DNA of 49,375 bases from Betaproteobacteria bacterium (GTDB lineage: Bacteria > Pseudomonadota > Gammaproteobacteria > Burkholderiales > Burkholderiaceae_C): positions 1 to 49,375 of the forward strand of contig JANYBQ010000046.1 of the NCBI GenBank assembly GCA_025360705.1, given 5' to 3'. A model generated the notes under the pieces. It saw only the letters and a program-made list of their open reading frames with translations. It was not told where the DNA came from and searched no databases. The position numbers and the translations under genes are program-made. Positions 24,699 to 33,230 of this stretch are shown here, piece after piece (positions within the stretch are counted from its first letter, which is position 1; every line of letters begins with the position of its first letter).

Positions 24699-25904
24699 AT
24701 GCATAAAAAAACAACTGCGCTGATCCACCATCCTTACGTTCCACCGGCCGGGTTTGCCGCGCCGCAGCCAGGTGTGTTCAAGGCATCGACGGTGTTCTTT
24801 TCAAACGCCGCGGCAATGCGCCGGGTTGAGTGGAAAGACAAGACCGGCTACACCTATGGTTTGCACGGCACGCCCACCACCTACCAGTTGGAAGAGCGTT
24901 TGTGTGCGCTCGAAGGCGGCCTGCAATGTTTGCTGGTGCCCAGTGGACTGGCGGCTGTCGCGACAGTGTCCATGTCGCTGCTCGGGACTGGCGACGAAGT
25001 TCTGATCCCCAACAACGTGTATGGCCCGAGCAAGACGTTGGCGCAGGGAGAACTTCGCGCATGGGGCATTTCGCACCGCGTATACGACCCCATGGACCCA
25101 CAGGATTTGGCGGCCAGGATCGGACCCAAAACCCGCCTGGTCTGGCTGGAAGCCCCCGGCTCGGTGACGCTCGAGTTCCCGGACCTGCTGGAGATGGTTA
25201 GTGTCTGCAAAGCCAAAGGGGTTTTGACCGCGCTTGATAACACCTGGGGCGCTGGCATTGCCTTCGAACCTTTCAATCTGACGCCAGGCTCAGATACCGC
25301 GTTGGGTGCCGACGTCTCGGTTCATGCGCTGACCAAATACCCGAGTGGTGGCGGCGACGTTTTGATGGGAAGCATCATTACGCGCGACTCCAACCTGCAC
25401 ATGAAGCTCAAGCTCACGCATATGCGCCTTGGCCTGGCGGTCGGGGCCAATGATGCCGAAATGGTATTGCGCAGCTTGCCAAGCATCGTTCTGCGTTACC
25501 AGGCGCATGACATCGGTGCGCGCGAATTGGCCGCCTGGTGCCAGCAACTGCCGCAAATCGCTCAGGTTTTGCACCCCGCGTTGCCGCAGTCGCCCGGACA
25601 TGCTTTCTGGAAGTCGCTATGTGACAACCGGCCTGGCGGTGCCGCCGGACTGTTCAGCGTGATGTTCAAGGACCAATTCAGCTCCGAACAGGTTGACGCG
25701 TTTTGCGACGCCTTGAAGCTGTTCAAGCTGGGTTATAGCTGGGGCGGCCCGATCAGTCTGGTGGTCCCGTACGATCTGGCGTCCATGCGCGGTGCCTGGC
25801 CATCCCATTTGGCGCGCGGCACGCTGGTGCGCTTTTCCGTCGGACTGGAAGCGGTAGCCGACCTGAAGGCGGACATCGGCCAGGCTCTGGGAGCAATGGC
25901 GTGA
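24699..25904 (+). CDS. metC: Cystathionine beta-lyase (Cys/Met metabolism PLP enzyme)
   Basis: YGLHGTPT, DNTWGAG, ALTKYPSGGGD (PLP Lys), GYSWGG, RFSVGLE; alternative start 24681. Confidence 0.85.
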   Translation: MHKKTTALIHHPYVPPAGFAAPQPGVFKASTVFFSNAAAMRRVEWKDKTGYTYGLHGTPTTYQLEERLCALEGGLQCLLVPSGLAAVATVSMSLLGTGDEVLIPNNVYGPSKTLAQGELRAWGISHRVYDPMDPQDLAARIGPKTRLVWLEAPGSVTLEFPDLLEMVSVCKAKGVLTALDNTWGAGIAFEPFNLTPGSDTALGADVSVHALTKYPSGGGDVLMGSIITRDSNLHMKLKLTHMRLGLAVGANDAEMVLRSLPSIVLRYQAHDIGARELAAWCQQLPQIAQVLHPALPQSPGHAFWKSLCDNRPGGAAGLFSVMFKDQFSSEQVDAFCDALKLFKLGYSWGGPISLVVPYDLASMRGAWPSHLARGTLVRFSVGLEAVADLKADIGQALGAMA

Positions 25905-25921
25905 CTTGCACGGGCGTGGCT

Positions 25922-25950
25922 TTGATCTGGCGCCCGTGAACTGGTAAAGT
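25922..25950 (+). promoter_or_regulatory. Putative sigma70 promoter of small basic protein
   Basis: TTGATC (25922-27), 17-nt spacer, TGn-extended TAAAGT (25945-50). Confidence 0.5.
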
Positions 25951-25975
25951 GGTGCCAACAACTTGAAAGCATAAA

Positions 25976-26161
25976 TTGGCAACTCCCAATTACGGATACG
26001 AAAAACGTCAGAAAGAACTGGCCAAGAAGCGCAAGAAGGAAGACAAACTCAAGCTGAAGGCGGACCGCAAGGTTGGGGGTCCGGGCGAAGAAGACAGTAC
26101 GCAGGATGATGGCTCGTTGCAGCAGCCGTCTCCGCCATCGGGTACCTCGGTTCCGAACTGA
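25976..26161 (+). CDS. Small Lys/Glu-rich hypothetical protein
   Basis: PNYGYEKRQKELAKKRKKEDK resembles a widespread proteobacterial small-protein family; TTG start with own promoter. Confidence 0.7.
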   Translation: MATPNYGYEKRQKELAKKRKKEDKLKLKADRKVGGPGEEDSTQDDGSLQQPSPPSGTSVPN

Positions 26162-26171
26162 ATCCCGCATT

Positions 26172-27251
26172 TCAATCCCGGCGTATCGGCAAGCTGGTTT
26201 TTTCGACCAGCGTGCGCGCCAGAGCGTCCATCGCAGCTGGCGAACGGCCGCCGGGTAGCAGCACCTGGGCCTTGTCGAACTGCGCAAAGTTGCGCTGCAT
26301 GGACTGCTGGTATCCGGGATCGTAGTGGCACGCCAGCAAGTCTTGCACTACCGCTTCGATCCGCCCCAGCCGCAACGAAGTTTTCCAGGCCGTCACTACT
26401 TCCTTTCCGCGAAGCTCGCTCAACACGTCCAGACGTTCGCAGAAAGCTTCCACGTCGCGTGCGAAGAAGTCATAGTCTTCCATCAGCAGCGCGACCCGTT
26501 GCGCGTTATCCAATACCAGATTCAGGCACGGACCCTGGCGCAGGGCGGCCATCAGCGCGATAGGCACCGCGACGTTACCGACCTTGCGGCTCTCGCTCTC
26601 GACATACACCGGCCGGCCCGGATCGAAGCGCCGCAACACATCCCATATGCGTGTGTCGAAAGCCTTTTGGGCCGGCTGCTGAACACCGGGTATCGCACCC
26701 AGCACCGAACTGCGGTGGCTCGCCAGCGCCTCCAGGTCAAGCACCTGCGCACCACAACGTGCCAACGCGCATAAGAGCCGTGTCTTGCCGGAGCCGGTGG
26801 CCCCGCACACCACCCGGTAGTCGAAACTTGCAGCCATACGTGTCGTATCGGCCACCAATGCCGCGCGAAAAGCCTTGTAACCGCCTTCCACCAGGCTGAC
26901 CCGAAAACCGATCTGGCTCAACACCAGCGACAACGACCCGCTGCGCTGGCCACCCCGCCAACAATAGATCAGCGGCTTCCATTCCCTGGGCTTGCCCAAC
27001 ACGTGACGCTCGATATGGTTGGCGATGTTGCGCGCGGCGATTGCGCCGCCGCGTTTTCTGGCCTCGAACGGATTGACCTGTTTGTAGATGGTGCCGATCT
27101 CATGGCGCTCCTGGTTATTCAACGTAGGCCAATTGACGGCGCCCGGAAGACGGTCGAGCGAAAACTCGGCTTCGCTGCGCGCGTCGATGATGGTGTCGAA
27201 TCGGTCGAGATCCTGCATCGACTCAACTGCGGCAACGCTATTCAAGCTCAC
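26172..27251 (-). CDS. mnmH: tRNA 2-selenouridine synthase (MnmH/SelU)
   Basis: Rhodanese YCWRGGQRS, P-loop GATGSGKT, DLEALASHRSS, ESESRKVG; GTG start overlaps tesA stop (GTGA). Confidence 0.93.
   Translation of the reverse strand: MSLNSVAAVESMQDLDRFDTIIDARSEAEFSLDRLPGAVNWPTLNNQERHEIGTIYKQVNPFEARKRGGAIAARNIANHIERHVLGKPREWKPLIYCWRGGQRSGSLSLVLSQIGFRVSLVEGGYKAFRAALVADTTRMAASFDYRVVCGATGSGKTRLLCALARCGAQVLDLEALASHRSSVLGAIPGVQQPAQKAFDTRIWDVLRRFDPGRPVYVESESRKVGNVAVPIALMAALRQGPCLNLVLDNAQRVALLMEDYDFFARDVEAFCERLDVLSELRGKEVVTAWKTSLRLGRIEAVVQDLLACHYDPGYQQSMQRNFAQFDKAQVLLPGGRSPAAMDALARTLVEKTSLPIRRD
26178..26203 (+). terminator. Weak putative intrinsic terminator after the small protein (within the mnmH 3' end)
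   Basis: CCGGC/GCTGG stem with one G-U pair, followed by T6. Confidence 0.3.
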
Positions 27252-27943
27252 TTGAGTAACTTCCTGAGTTCGGGCCACACGTTCGCCAGTATGGTCGGAT
27301 GGGCCTCCTCCCTGGGATGCAGGCCATCGTTCTGGAACAGCTTGCCGGGCTCGGCGGCATCGGCTACGCCCTTGAGTAGGAACGGCACCAGCGCCGCCTT
27401 GTTGGCGCGCGCGACCGTCCCGAACAGTCCCGCGAACCGGTTGGCATAATCCTTGCCGTAGTTCGGGGGCATCTGCATGCCAACCAACAGCACCTTGGCA
27501 CCGGCTTTTTCAGCGGCCTGCGTCATCTGGTTCAAGTTGTCCTCGGTCATGCCCAGCGGCAAACCACGCAAGGCGTCGTTCGCGCCCAGTTCGATGACCA
27601 CCTGGGTCGGCTTGTGTTGTACCAGCAGCGCACCCAGGCGCGAGCGTCCGCCCGAGGTGGTGTCGCCGCTGATACTGGCATTGACCACGTGTGCCGCGAT
27701 GCCTTCGGCCGCCAATCGCCGGTCGAGCAATGCCACCCAGCCGCTGCCACGCCGCAAGCCGTATTCCGCGCTGAGCGAGTCGCCCAACACCAAAATGGTC
27801 CGTTGCGGAGCGGTGTTGGCGGCTGCGTTTTTCGCCGGCGGCTCCACGCCTGTGGAGGTCTTGTTTTGGGCATTGACTACGCTGCCATATGACCCCACGG
27901 CCAGGGTCGCGGCAAGGCTCGCGATAAAGTGTCGTCGATTCAA
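27248..27943 (-). CDS. tesA: Arylesterase / acyl-CoA thioesterase I (SGNH/GDSL)
   Basis: LGDSLSAEYG, NASISGDTT, ELGANDALRG, DGLHP. Confidence 0.88.
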   Translation of the reverse strand: MNRRHFIASLAATLAVGSYGSVVNAQNKTSTGVEPPAKNAAANTAPQRTILVLGDSLSAEYGLRRGSGWVALLDRRLAAEGIAAHVVNASISGDTTSGGRSRLGALLVQHKPTQVVIELGANDALRGLPLGMTEDNLNQMTQAAEKAGAKVLLVGMQMPPNYGKDYANRFAGLFGTVARANKAALVPFLLKGVADAAEPGKLFQNDGLHPREEAHPTILANVWPELRKLLK

Positions 27944-27957
27944 ACTAAAAGCCTTTC

Positions 27958-28650
27958 ATGCCACAACCCAGTGCCCGTGCGATCGTTTCGGTACAACATG
28001 TTTTCAAGTCGGTCACCGACTCCACCGGCACACTGGATATTTTGCGCGATATCGATTTCACGCTGGCGCCGCGGGAAACAGCCGCCATCGTGGGTGCGTC
28101 CGGGTCTGGCAAAAGCACGCTACTGTCCATCATTGCCGGGCTGGATACGCCTACCAGTGGCACGGTGGTGCTGGCCGGACAGGACCTGTTCGCGATCGAT
28201 GAAGACCAGCGCGCCGCGTTGCGTGCCCAAAAGGTAGGCTTCGTGTTTCAGAGTTTCCAGCTGATGGGCAATCTGACGGCGCTCGAAAACGTGATGTTGC
28301 CGCTAGAACTTGGGGGCAAAAAAGACTCGCGCAAGGCCGCCACCGAGATGTTGTCGCGCGTCGGATTGTCGGCACGACTGGGTCACTACCCCAAAGTGCT
28401 CAGCGGTGGTGAACAGCAGCGTGTGGCACTGGCACGCGCCTTTGTTGTCCAGCCAGCGGTGCTGCTCGCCGACGAGCCTACGGGCAGCCTGGACTTCGCC
28501 ACTGGCGACACCATCATGCGGTTGATGTTCGACCTCAACACCGAACTCGGAACCACACTGGTGCTTGTGACCCATGACCACGCAATCGCGCGGCGCTGCG
28601 AGCGGCGTATCACGATAGAGGCCGGGCGCGTGGTGGACACGCCAAACTAA
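27958..28650 (+). CDS. ABC transporter ATP-binding protein (YbbA/LolD-like)
   Basis: GASGSGKST, LSGGEQQRV, LADEPTG, VTHD; divergent from tesA. Confidence 0.9.
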   Translation: MPQPSARAIVSVQHVFKSVTDSTGTLDILRDIDFTLAPRETAAIVGASGSGKSTLLSIIAGLDTPTSGTVVLAGQDLFAIDEDQRAALRAQKVGFVFQSFQLMGNLTALENVMLPLELGGKKDSRKAATEMLSRVGLSARLGHYPKVLSGGEQQRVALARAFVVQPAVLLADEPTGSLDFATGDTIMRLMFDLNTELGTTLVLVTHDHAIARRCERRITIEAGRVVDTPN

Positions 28651-28731
28651 AGTTGGCAGCCCGGCATCGACAACGCAGCGGCCGTTCCGGCTCTGCCTGC
28701 GCAGCGGCCCGCCGGCCCGATAATCGGGGCT

Positions 28732-29499
28732 ATGTCTTCGCCCAAAATATTGTTCGGATTTCACGCTGTGGGGGTTCGCCTGCGGAGCGCGCCGCAATCC
28801 GTCATAGAGGTTTATTTCGAAGCCAGTCGCCGCGATGCCCGCATGCGCCAATTTATCGAGCGTGCCACCGAAGCCGGTGCGCGCCTGATCGAGTCCGATG
28901 GCCTGCGCCTGTCGAAATTGTGTGCAAGCCATGCGCATCAGGGGGTAGCGGCACGCGTGCACGAAATCGCCCAAACCCATTCGCTCGACGAGTTGCTGGA
29001 AAACCTGGAAGTCACGCAGGCGGTATTGCCGCTGGAGCAAAGGACCGCGCCGCTGCTGCTGGTACTGGACGGCGTTACCGACCCGCACAACCTGGGCGCC
29101 TGCCTGCGGGTGGCCGACGGCGCCGGTGCACATGCCGTGATCGCCCCCAAGGACCACGCGGCCGGCATCAATGCAACCGTGGCCAAGGTCGCCAGCGGCG
29201 CGGCCGAAACCGTGCCGTATTTCATGGTCACCAATCTGGCGCGAACGCTTAACGAACTCAAGGAGCGCAACATCTGGATAGTCGGGACCGGCGACACGGC
29301 GCCTAGAACGCTCTACCAAGCCGATCTTAGGGGCGCTACCGCCCTGGTGCTGGGCGCCGAAGGTTCCGGAATGCGCCAATTGACAGCCAAGACCTGCGAC
29401 GAACTGGTGCAGATACCGATGCGCGGCGCGGTTGAAAGCCTCAACGTGTCAGTGGCTAGTGGCATCTGCCTGTACGAGGCATTACGCCAGCGCGCGTGA
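28732..29499 (+). CDS. rlmB: 23S rRNA (Gm2251) 2'-O-methyltransferase RlmB
   Basis: HQGVAA, LDGVTDPHNLGACLR, LGAEGSG, SLNVSVA SPOUT motifs. Confidence 0.93.
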   Translation: MSSPKILFGFHAVGVRLRSAPQSVIEVYFEASRRDARMRQFIERATEAGARLIESDGLRLSKLCASHAHQGVAARVHEIAQTHSLDELLENLEVTQAVLPLEQRTAPLLLVLDGVTDPHNLGACLRVADGAGAHAVIAPKDHAAGINATVAKVASGAAETVPYFMVTNLARTLNELKERNIWIVGTGDTAPRTLYQADLRGATALVLGAEGSGMRQLTAKTCDELVQIPMRGAVESLNVSVASGICLYEALRQRA

Positions 29500-29577
29500 A
29501 GCGCGGCACACGGTCCGGCCGCTCCCCGGAGCGAATACAGCAGTGCGCACCAGGAAGATATTCACTGAAGGTTGATG

Positions 29578-30537
29578 TCAGGGGGTTTCTTCGCTGGCCT
29601 GGGTCAGCGAAGCAATGTCGGCCGTGTCCAGTTGCAGCCGGGCGGCCGCCGCCAGGTCCTCCAATTGCGCCGGTGAAGTAGCGCTGGCGATAGGCGCGGT
29701 GATACCGGGGCGTGTGAGCTGCCAGGCGATTGCCACAACCCCAGGATTGGTCCCATGACGCCGCGCGACCGCGTCGAGGGCGCTCAAGATGCGTTGCCCG
29801 CGCGGGTTCAGGTATTTGGCAATCACATTTTTGCCGCGCGTACTTTTGCCAGCGTCGGTCGCAGTACGGTATTTGCCGGTCAGAAAACCGGCCGCCAACG
29901 CATAGAAGTTGATCACGCCCACTTCGTGTTCGACACACAGGGCTTGCAGCGCGTCTTCGAAGACAGCGCGGTCGTACAGGTTATAGAGCGGCTGCAGGCT
30001 TTCATAACGCGGCAAGCCGTGCCGCTCACTTGTCTCCAACGCCAGTGCGAGACGCGGTGCGGTGTAGTTGGAAGCGCCAATGGCGCGCACTTTTCCTTGC
30101 TGGATCAACTCGCCGAACGCGCCCAGACTCTCAGACAGCGGTGTGTCGGAATCGTCGTCATGCGATTGGTATAAATCGATGCGATCGGTTTGCAGCCGGC
30201 GCAACGACGCTTCAACGGCGGACCGGATATAGGCGGGTTTAAGCCCCTTTTGATCCGGCGCCATCGGTTTACCGACTTTGGTGGCCAGCACCACCCGGTC
30301 GCGTTTGCCGCTGGCATGGAGCCATTTTCCAATCACCGTTTCGGACTCGCCGCCGATGTGGCCGGGCACCCAGGCCGAGTAGACGTCTGCGGTGTCGATA
30401 AAATTGAAACCAGCATCGACCCACGCATCCAGCAGCGAGAACGACGTGGCTTCGTCCACCGTCCAGCCAAAGACATTGCCGCCAAGCGCCAGCGGTGAGA
30501 CCTGCAGGCCGGAGCGGCCAAGAGCACGGTAATTCAT
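29578..30537 (-). CDS. Aldo/keto reductase
   Basis: DTADVY, LATKVG, SLRRLQTDRIDLYQSH, IGASN. Confidence 0.92.
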   Translation of the reverse strand: MNYRALGRSGLQVSPLALGGNVFGWTVDEATSFSLLDAWVDAGFNFIDTADVYSAWVPGHIGGESETVIGKWLHASGKRDRVVLATKVGKPMAPDQKGLKPAYIRSAVEASLRRLQTDRIDLYQSHDDDSDTPLSESLGAFGELIQQGKVRAIGASNYTAPRLALALETSERHGLPRYESLQPLYNLYDRAVFEDALQALCVEHEVGVINFYALAAGFLTGKYRTATDAGKSTRGKNVIAKYLNPRGQRILSALDAVARRHGTNPGVVAIAWQLTRPGITAPIASATSPAQLEDLAAAARLQLDTADIASLTQASEETP

Positions 30538-30567
30538 CGTAGATTCCTCACAAAAAAAAGCGGTTGC

Positions 30568-31140
30568 TCATACCCAACCAACGGCGCCGAGCAATGCGCC
30601 ACCACCCAACAGCCACAACAAATGCATCTTGCCGCGCCATACCACCAGCGCACTGACAAGCGTCACAAGCCACAGGCGCCAATCGCGCGCCGGATTGCCG
30701 TTGGCTGCGCTCAGCAACCAACCGGTCGCGATCAACAGGGCAACCACGATTGGCGCCAAGCCTTGTTTAAACGCGCGCACCGCGCGGAGTTCCCGGTTGC
30801 GGTGACCCCAGCGCGCGGCCAGAAAAGTTAGCGTTGTGCTTGGCAACAAGATGCCCGCCATGGTGAGCGCCATGCCCAGCAAAGCCGTCCGGTACCCGCC
30901 TGCGTTGAGGCCGACGTTCCAGCCCATTAGGGCGACAAATAACACGTTGGGTCCCGGTGCCGCCTGAGCCAGCGCTATGCTGGATGTGAACTGCGCATCG
31001 GTCAGCCACATCCTGTCGCCGACCAGGTAGCGGTGCATGTCGGGCGCAGTGGCGATCGCGCCGCCCACCGCCAGCAGCGACAGCGAGGCGAAATGAATGA
31101 ACAGGGCCAGCCAGTCGGCTGCGGTAAAAGATAGCGTCAA
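30568..31140 (-). CDS. Short-chain chromate transporter (ChrA family), second subunit
   Basis: SLLAVGG, ALAQAAPGPN; multi-TM. Confidence 0.88.
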   Translation of the reverse strand: MTLSFTAADWLALFIHFASLSLLAVGGAIATAPDMHRYLVGDRMWLTDAQFTSSIALAQAAPGPNVLFVALMGWNVGLNAGGYRTALLGMALTMAGILLPSTTLTFLAARWGHRNRELRAVRAFKQGLAPIVVALLIATGWLLSAANGNPARDWRLWLVTLVSALVVWRGKMHLLWLLGGGALLGAVGWV

Positions 31141-31162
31141 GGCAGTCCGACCATCATGACGC

Positions 31163-31771
31163 TCATTTTTCCACCGCTACGCGAATTCGGCCGAGCTGGT
31201 GCCAGGCCCAGACGCTGCCCGAGCCTCCCAAACCCAGCAGTACCCAGACCAACGGAATGCGGATCAGCGCAATCGCGATAAAGGTCAGTCCCGCGAGTAC
31301 CGCGCAAACCGGAACACCCATCACGTTTTTTTTCAGTGCAGGTATCAGCTTGAGCCCGGTTGCGACGATCAGGCCGGCCACCACGGCGCCCATGCCGCGC
31401 AACGCACCCTGTGCGGCCGCGGCACTGGAAACGCCCGCGAACAATACGGCCAGCAACAACACGGCCAACAGGGGGAAAACCAGCATGCCCGCCAGTGCCA
31501 CCAGGGCGCCGCGCAGCCCGAAGTAGCGATCGCCCAGCATCAGTGAGAGATTCACCACATTGGGCCCAGGCAGAATTTGCGCGACCGCCCAGTCCTCGAC
31601 AAACTCCTCGCGCGTGAGCCACTTTTTCCGGTCCACCAATTCGCGTTGTACAACCGTCAGTACCCCGCCAAAACCTTGTAGTGCAAGCCAGGTGAAAGAC
31701 CAGAAAAGATCTCCCAGGGATTGGGGCTGCCCATGCACGAACGATACAGGCCCAGCGGACGGTGCACTCAT
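31163..31771 (-). CDS. Short-chain chromate transporter (ChrA family), first subunit
   Basis: ALQGFGG, AVAQILPGPN; start moved to ATG 31771. Confidence 0.88.
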   Translation of the reverse strand: MSAPSAGPVSFVHGQPQSLGDLFWSFTWLALQGFGGVLTVVQRELVDRKKWLTREEFVEDWAVAQILPGPNVVNLSLMLGDRYFGLRGALVALAGMLVFPLLAVLLLAVLFAGVSSAAAAQGALRGMGAVVAGLIVATGLKLIPALKKNVMGVPVCAVLAGLTFIAIALIRIPLVWVLLGLGGSGSVWAWHQLGRIRVAVEK

Positions 31772-31775
31772 GGCG

Positions 31776-33095
31776 TCAGGCGTCTTCGGATATCCCGGGG
31801 GTCGCGGCAACGCCGGAGATGCGCGATGCAACGGCGTCCACCTCATCCAGCCATTGCTGCAACACGCTGGGGAACTGCTCCGCGGACACCGCGCGCCAGC
31901 GCCTGCGGGTCTGGCGCGCCAAGGCGCGAAGCTGCCAGCCGGCCTCGTGCGTCAGCAGCGTGAGCTCGGTAGTTACCGCTTCGTCCAGATCGGCGTCGCC
32001 CAACTGGGACAACTGATCGGGCACAGCGCCAACCGCCGCCAGCGCGCGCCGGATCTGAGTCGCATGATTTGCCAGCAAAACCATGGCATCGCGCGGTGCG
32101 TCGCTCCCGGCGGCCTGTAACCCGAGGTTCAGAGGCCACTGGCCGACCAGGCCGTCGATTTCGCACAACAGGCCCACCGGGTTGGCAAGGCGCGGTATGT
32201 CCGCGCCCATGACGTCCAGTTGGGGCCGCAGCATGGCCACCACCTGCATCGCCATGCTGTTGTCGTAGCGGTGGGTATTCATGCGCAGCAACACCGAAAG
32301 GCGCATCTCCGGCGCGTTGCGCCCGGGCGCGAACATCGCGGCCACCACCTGCGATAGCGACAGGATCTTGCCCAGCGGGCTGATAGCGTCGCCGATGAGG
32401 TTGCGCGGATAACCTGAACCGTCCAGATATTCGTGATGTTCACCAACGGCGCGCACCACGTCGCGCGAATACTGGTGATGCCGTTCCAGCAAGGCGGTGG
32501 ACACCAGCGGGTGGGAGTACAACTGGCGCCGCTGGTCCCGGTTAAGCGTCCGGTCCGGCTGCAACAGCAACGGATCGACATGCAACATGCCTATATCGTG
32601 CAGCAGTCCACCGGCCGCGGCCATGCCAAGGTCGTAACGCGACACCAAGGGCGCACGCGTCAACCAGACGGCGGTAAGGGCCGTGCGCACCAGATGCAGA
32701 TAAATTTCCGGCCGCACATCGTGCGCAACCGTGAGCTGAAACGCCATCGCGTCAGGCAAGGGCACGGTCTCTATCACGTTGAGCAACATCTTGCGGGTTT
32801 TCTCGTCCGAAGCCATGCGGCCGAAAAACGGCGTGTCGCGCATGATGGTCTCGGCGCTATTTCTAAGCGTTTCGCTGTTGACGGTGGTGGAACTTCGTAC
32901 CGAGTCTTCAAGTGGCTTCGACAATTGGTGCCGCATCAGGCGCTCGTACAGGGCCGAATTGATGGCCGCGTCCTGATCGATGATCTTCACGCCTTGCGTG
33001 TTGAAAATAGGCTGTGAAGCGACCACGTCCCGCTGCTCTCCCAATTGCACCACGGCGCTGGCGAAGTGTTGGTGGTCGGAGGACATGTCGGTCAT
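31776..33095 (-). CDS. HD-GYP domain protein, apparently degenerate
   Basis: LLHDIG, HP, HHEYLDGSGYP motifs. Confidence 0.85.
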   Translation of the reverse strand: MTDMSSDHQHFASAVVQLGEQRDVVASQPIFNTQGVKIIDQDAAINSALYERLMRHQLSKPLEDSVRSSTTVNSETLRNSAETIMRDTPFFGRMASDEKTRKMLLNVIETVPLPDAMAFQLTVAHDVRPEIYLHLVRTALTAVWLTRAPLVSRYDLGMAAAGGLLHDIGMLHVDPLLLQPDRTLNRDQRRQLYSHPLVSTALLERHHQYSRDVVRAVGEHHEYLDGSGYPRNLIGDAISPLGKILSLSQVVAAMFAPGRNAPEMRLSVLLRMNTHRYDNSMAMQVVAMLRPQLDVMGADIPRLANPVGLLCEIDGLVGQWPLNLGLQAAGSDAPRDAMVLLANHATQIRRALAAVGAVPDQLSQLGDADLDEAVTTELTLLTHEAGWQLRALARQTRRRWRAVSAEQFPSVLQQWLDEVDAVASRISGVAATPGISEDA

Positions 33096-33230
33096 GGAGC
33101 GCGCGGTCGAAAAGTGAATACGGCAAGCATATAGCAGGACGAAGCCGGGGCATGGTCCTCAATCGTGAATGCGCATTTCAGACACCTTCAATTCCGTGAC
33201 CCGGCAAGCGCTGTTGCGGGCGGAAACGCT

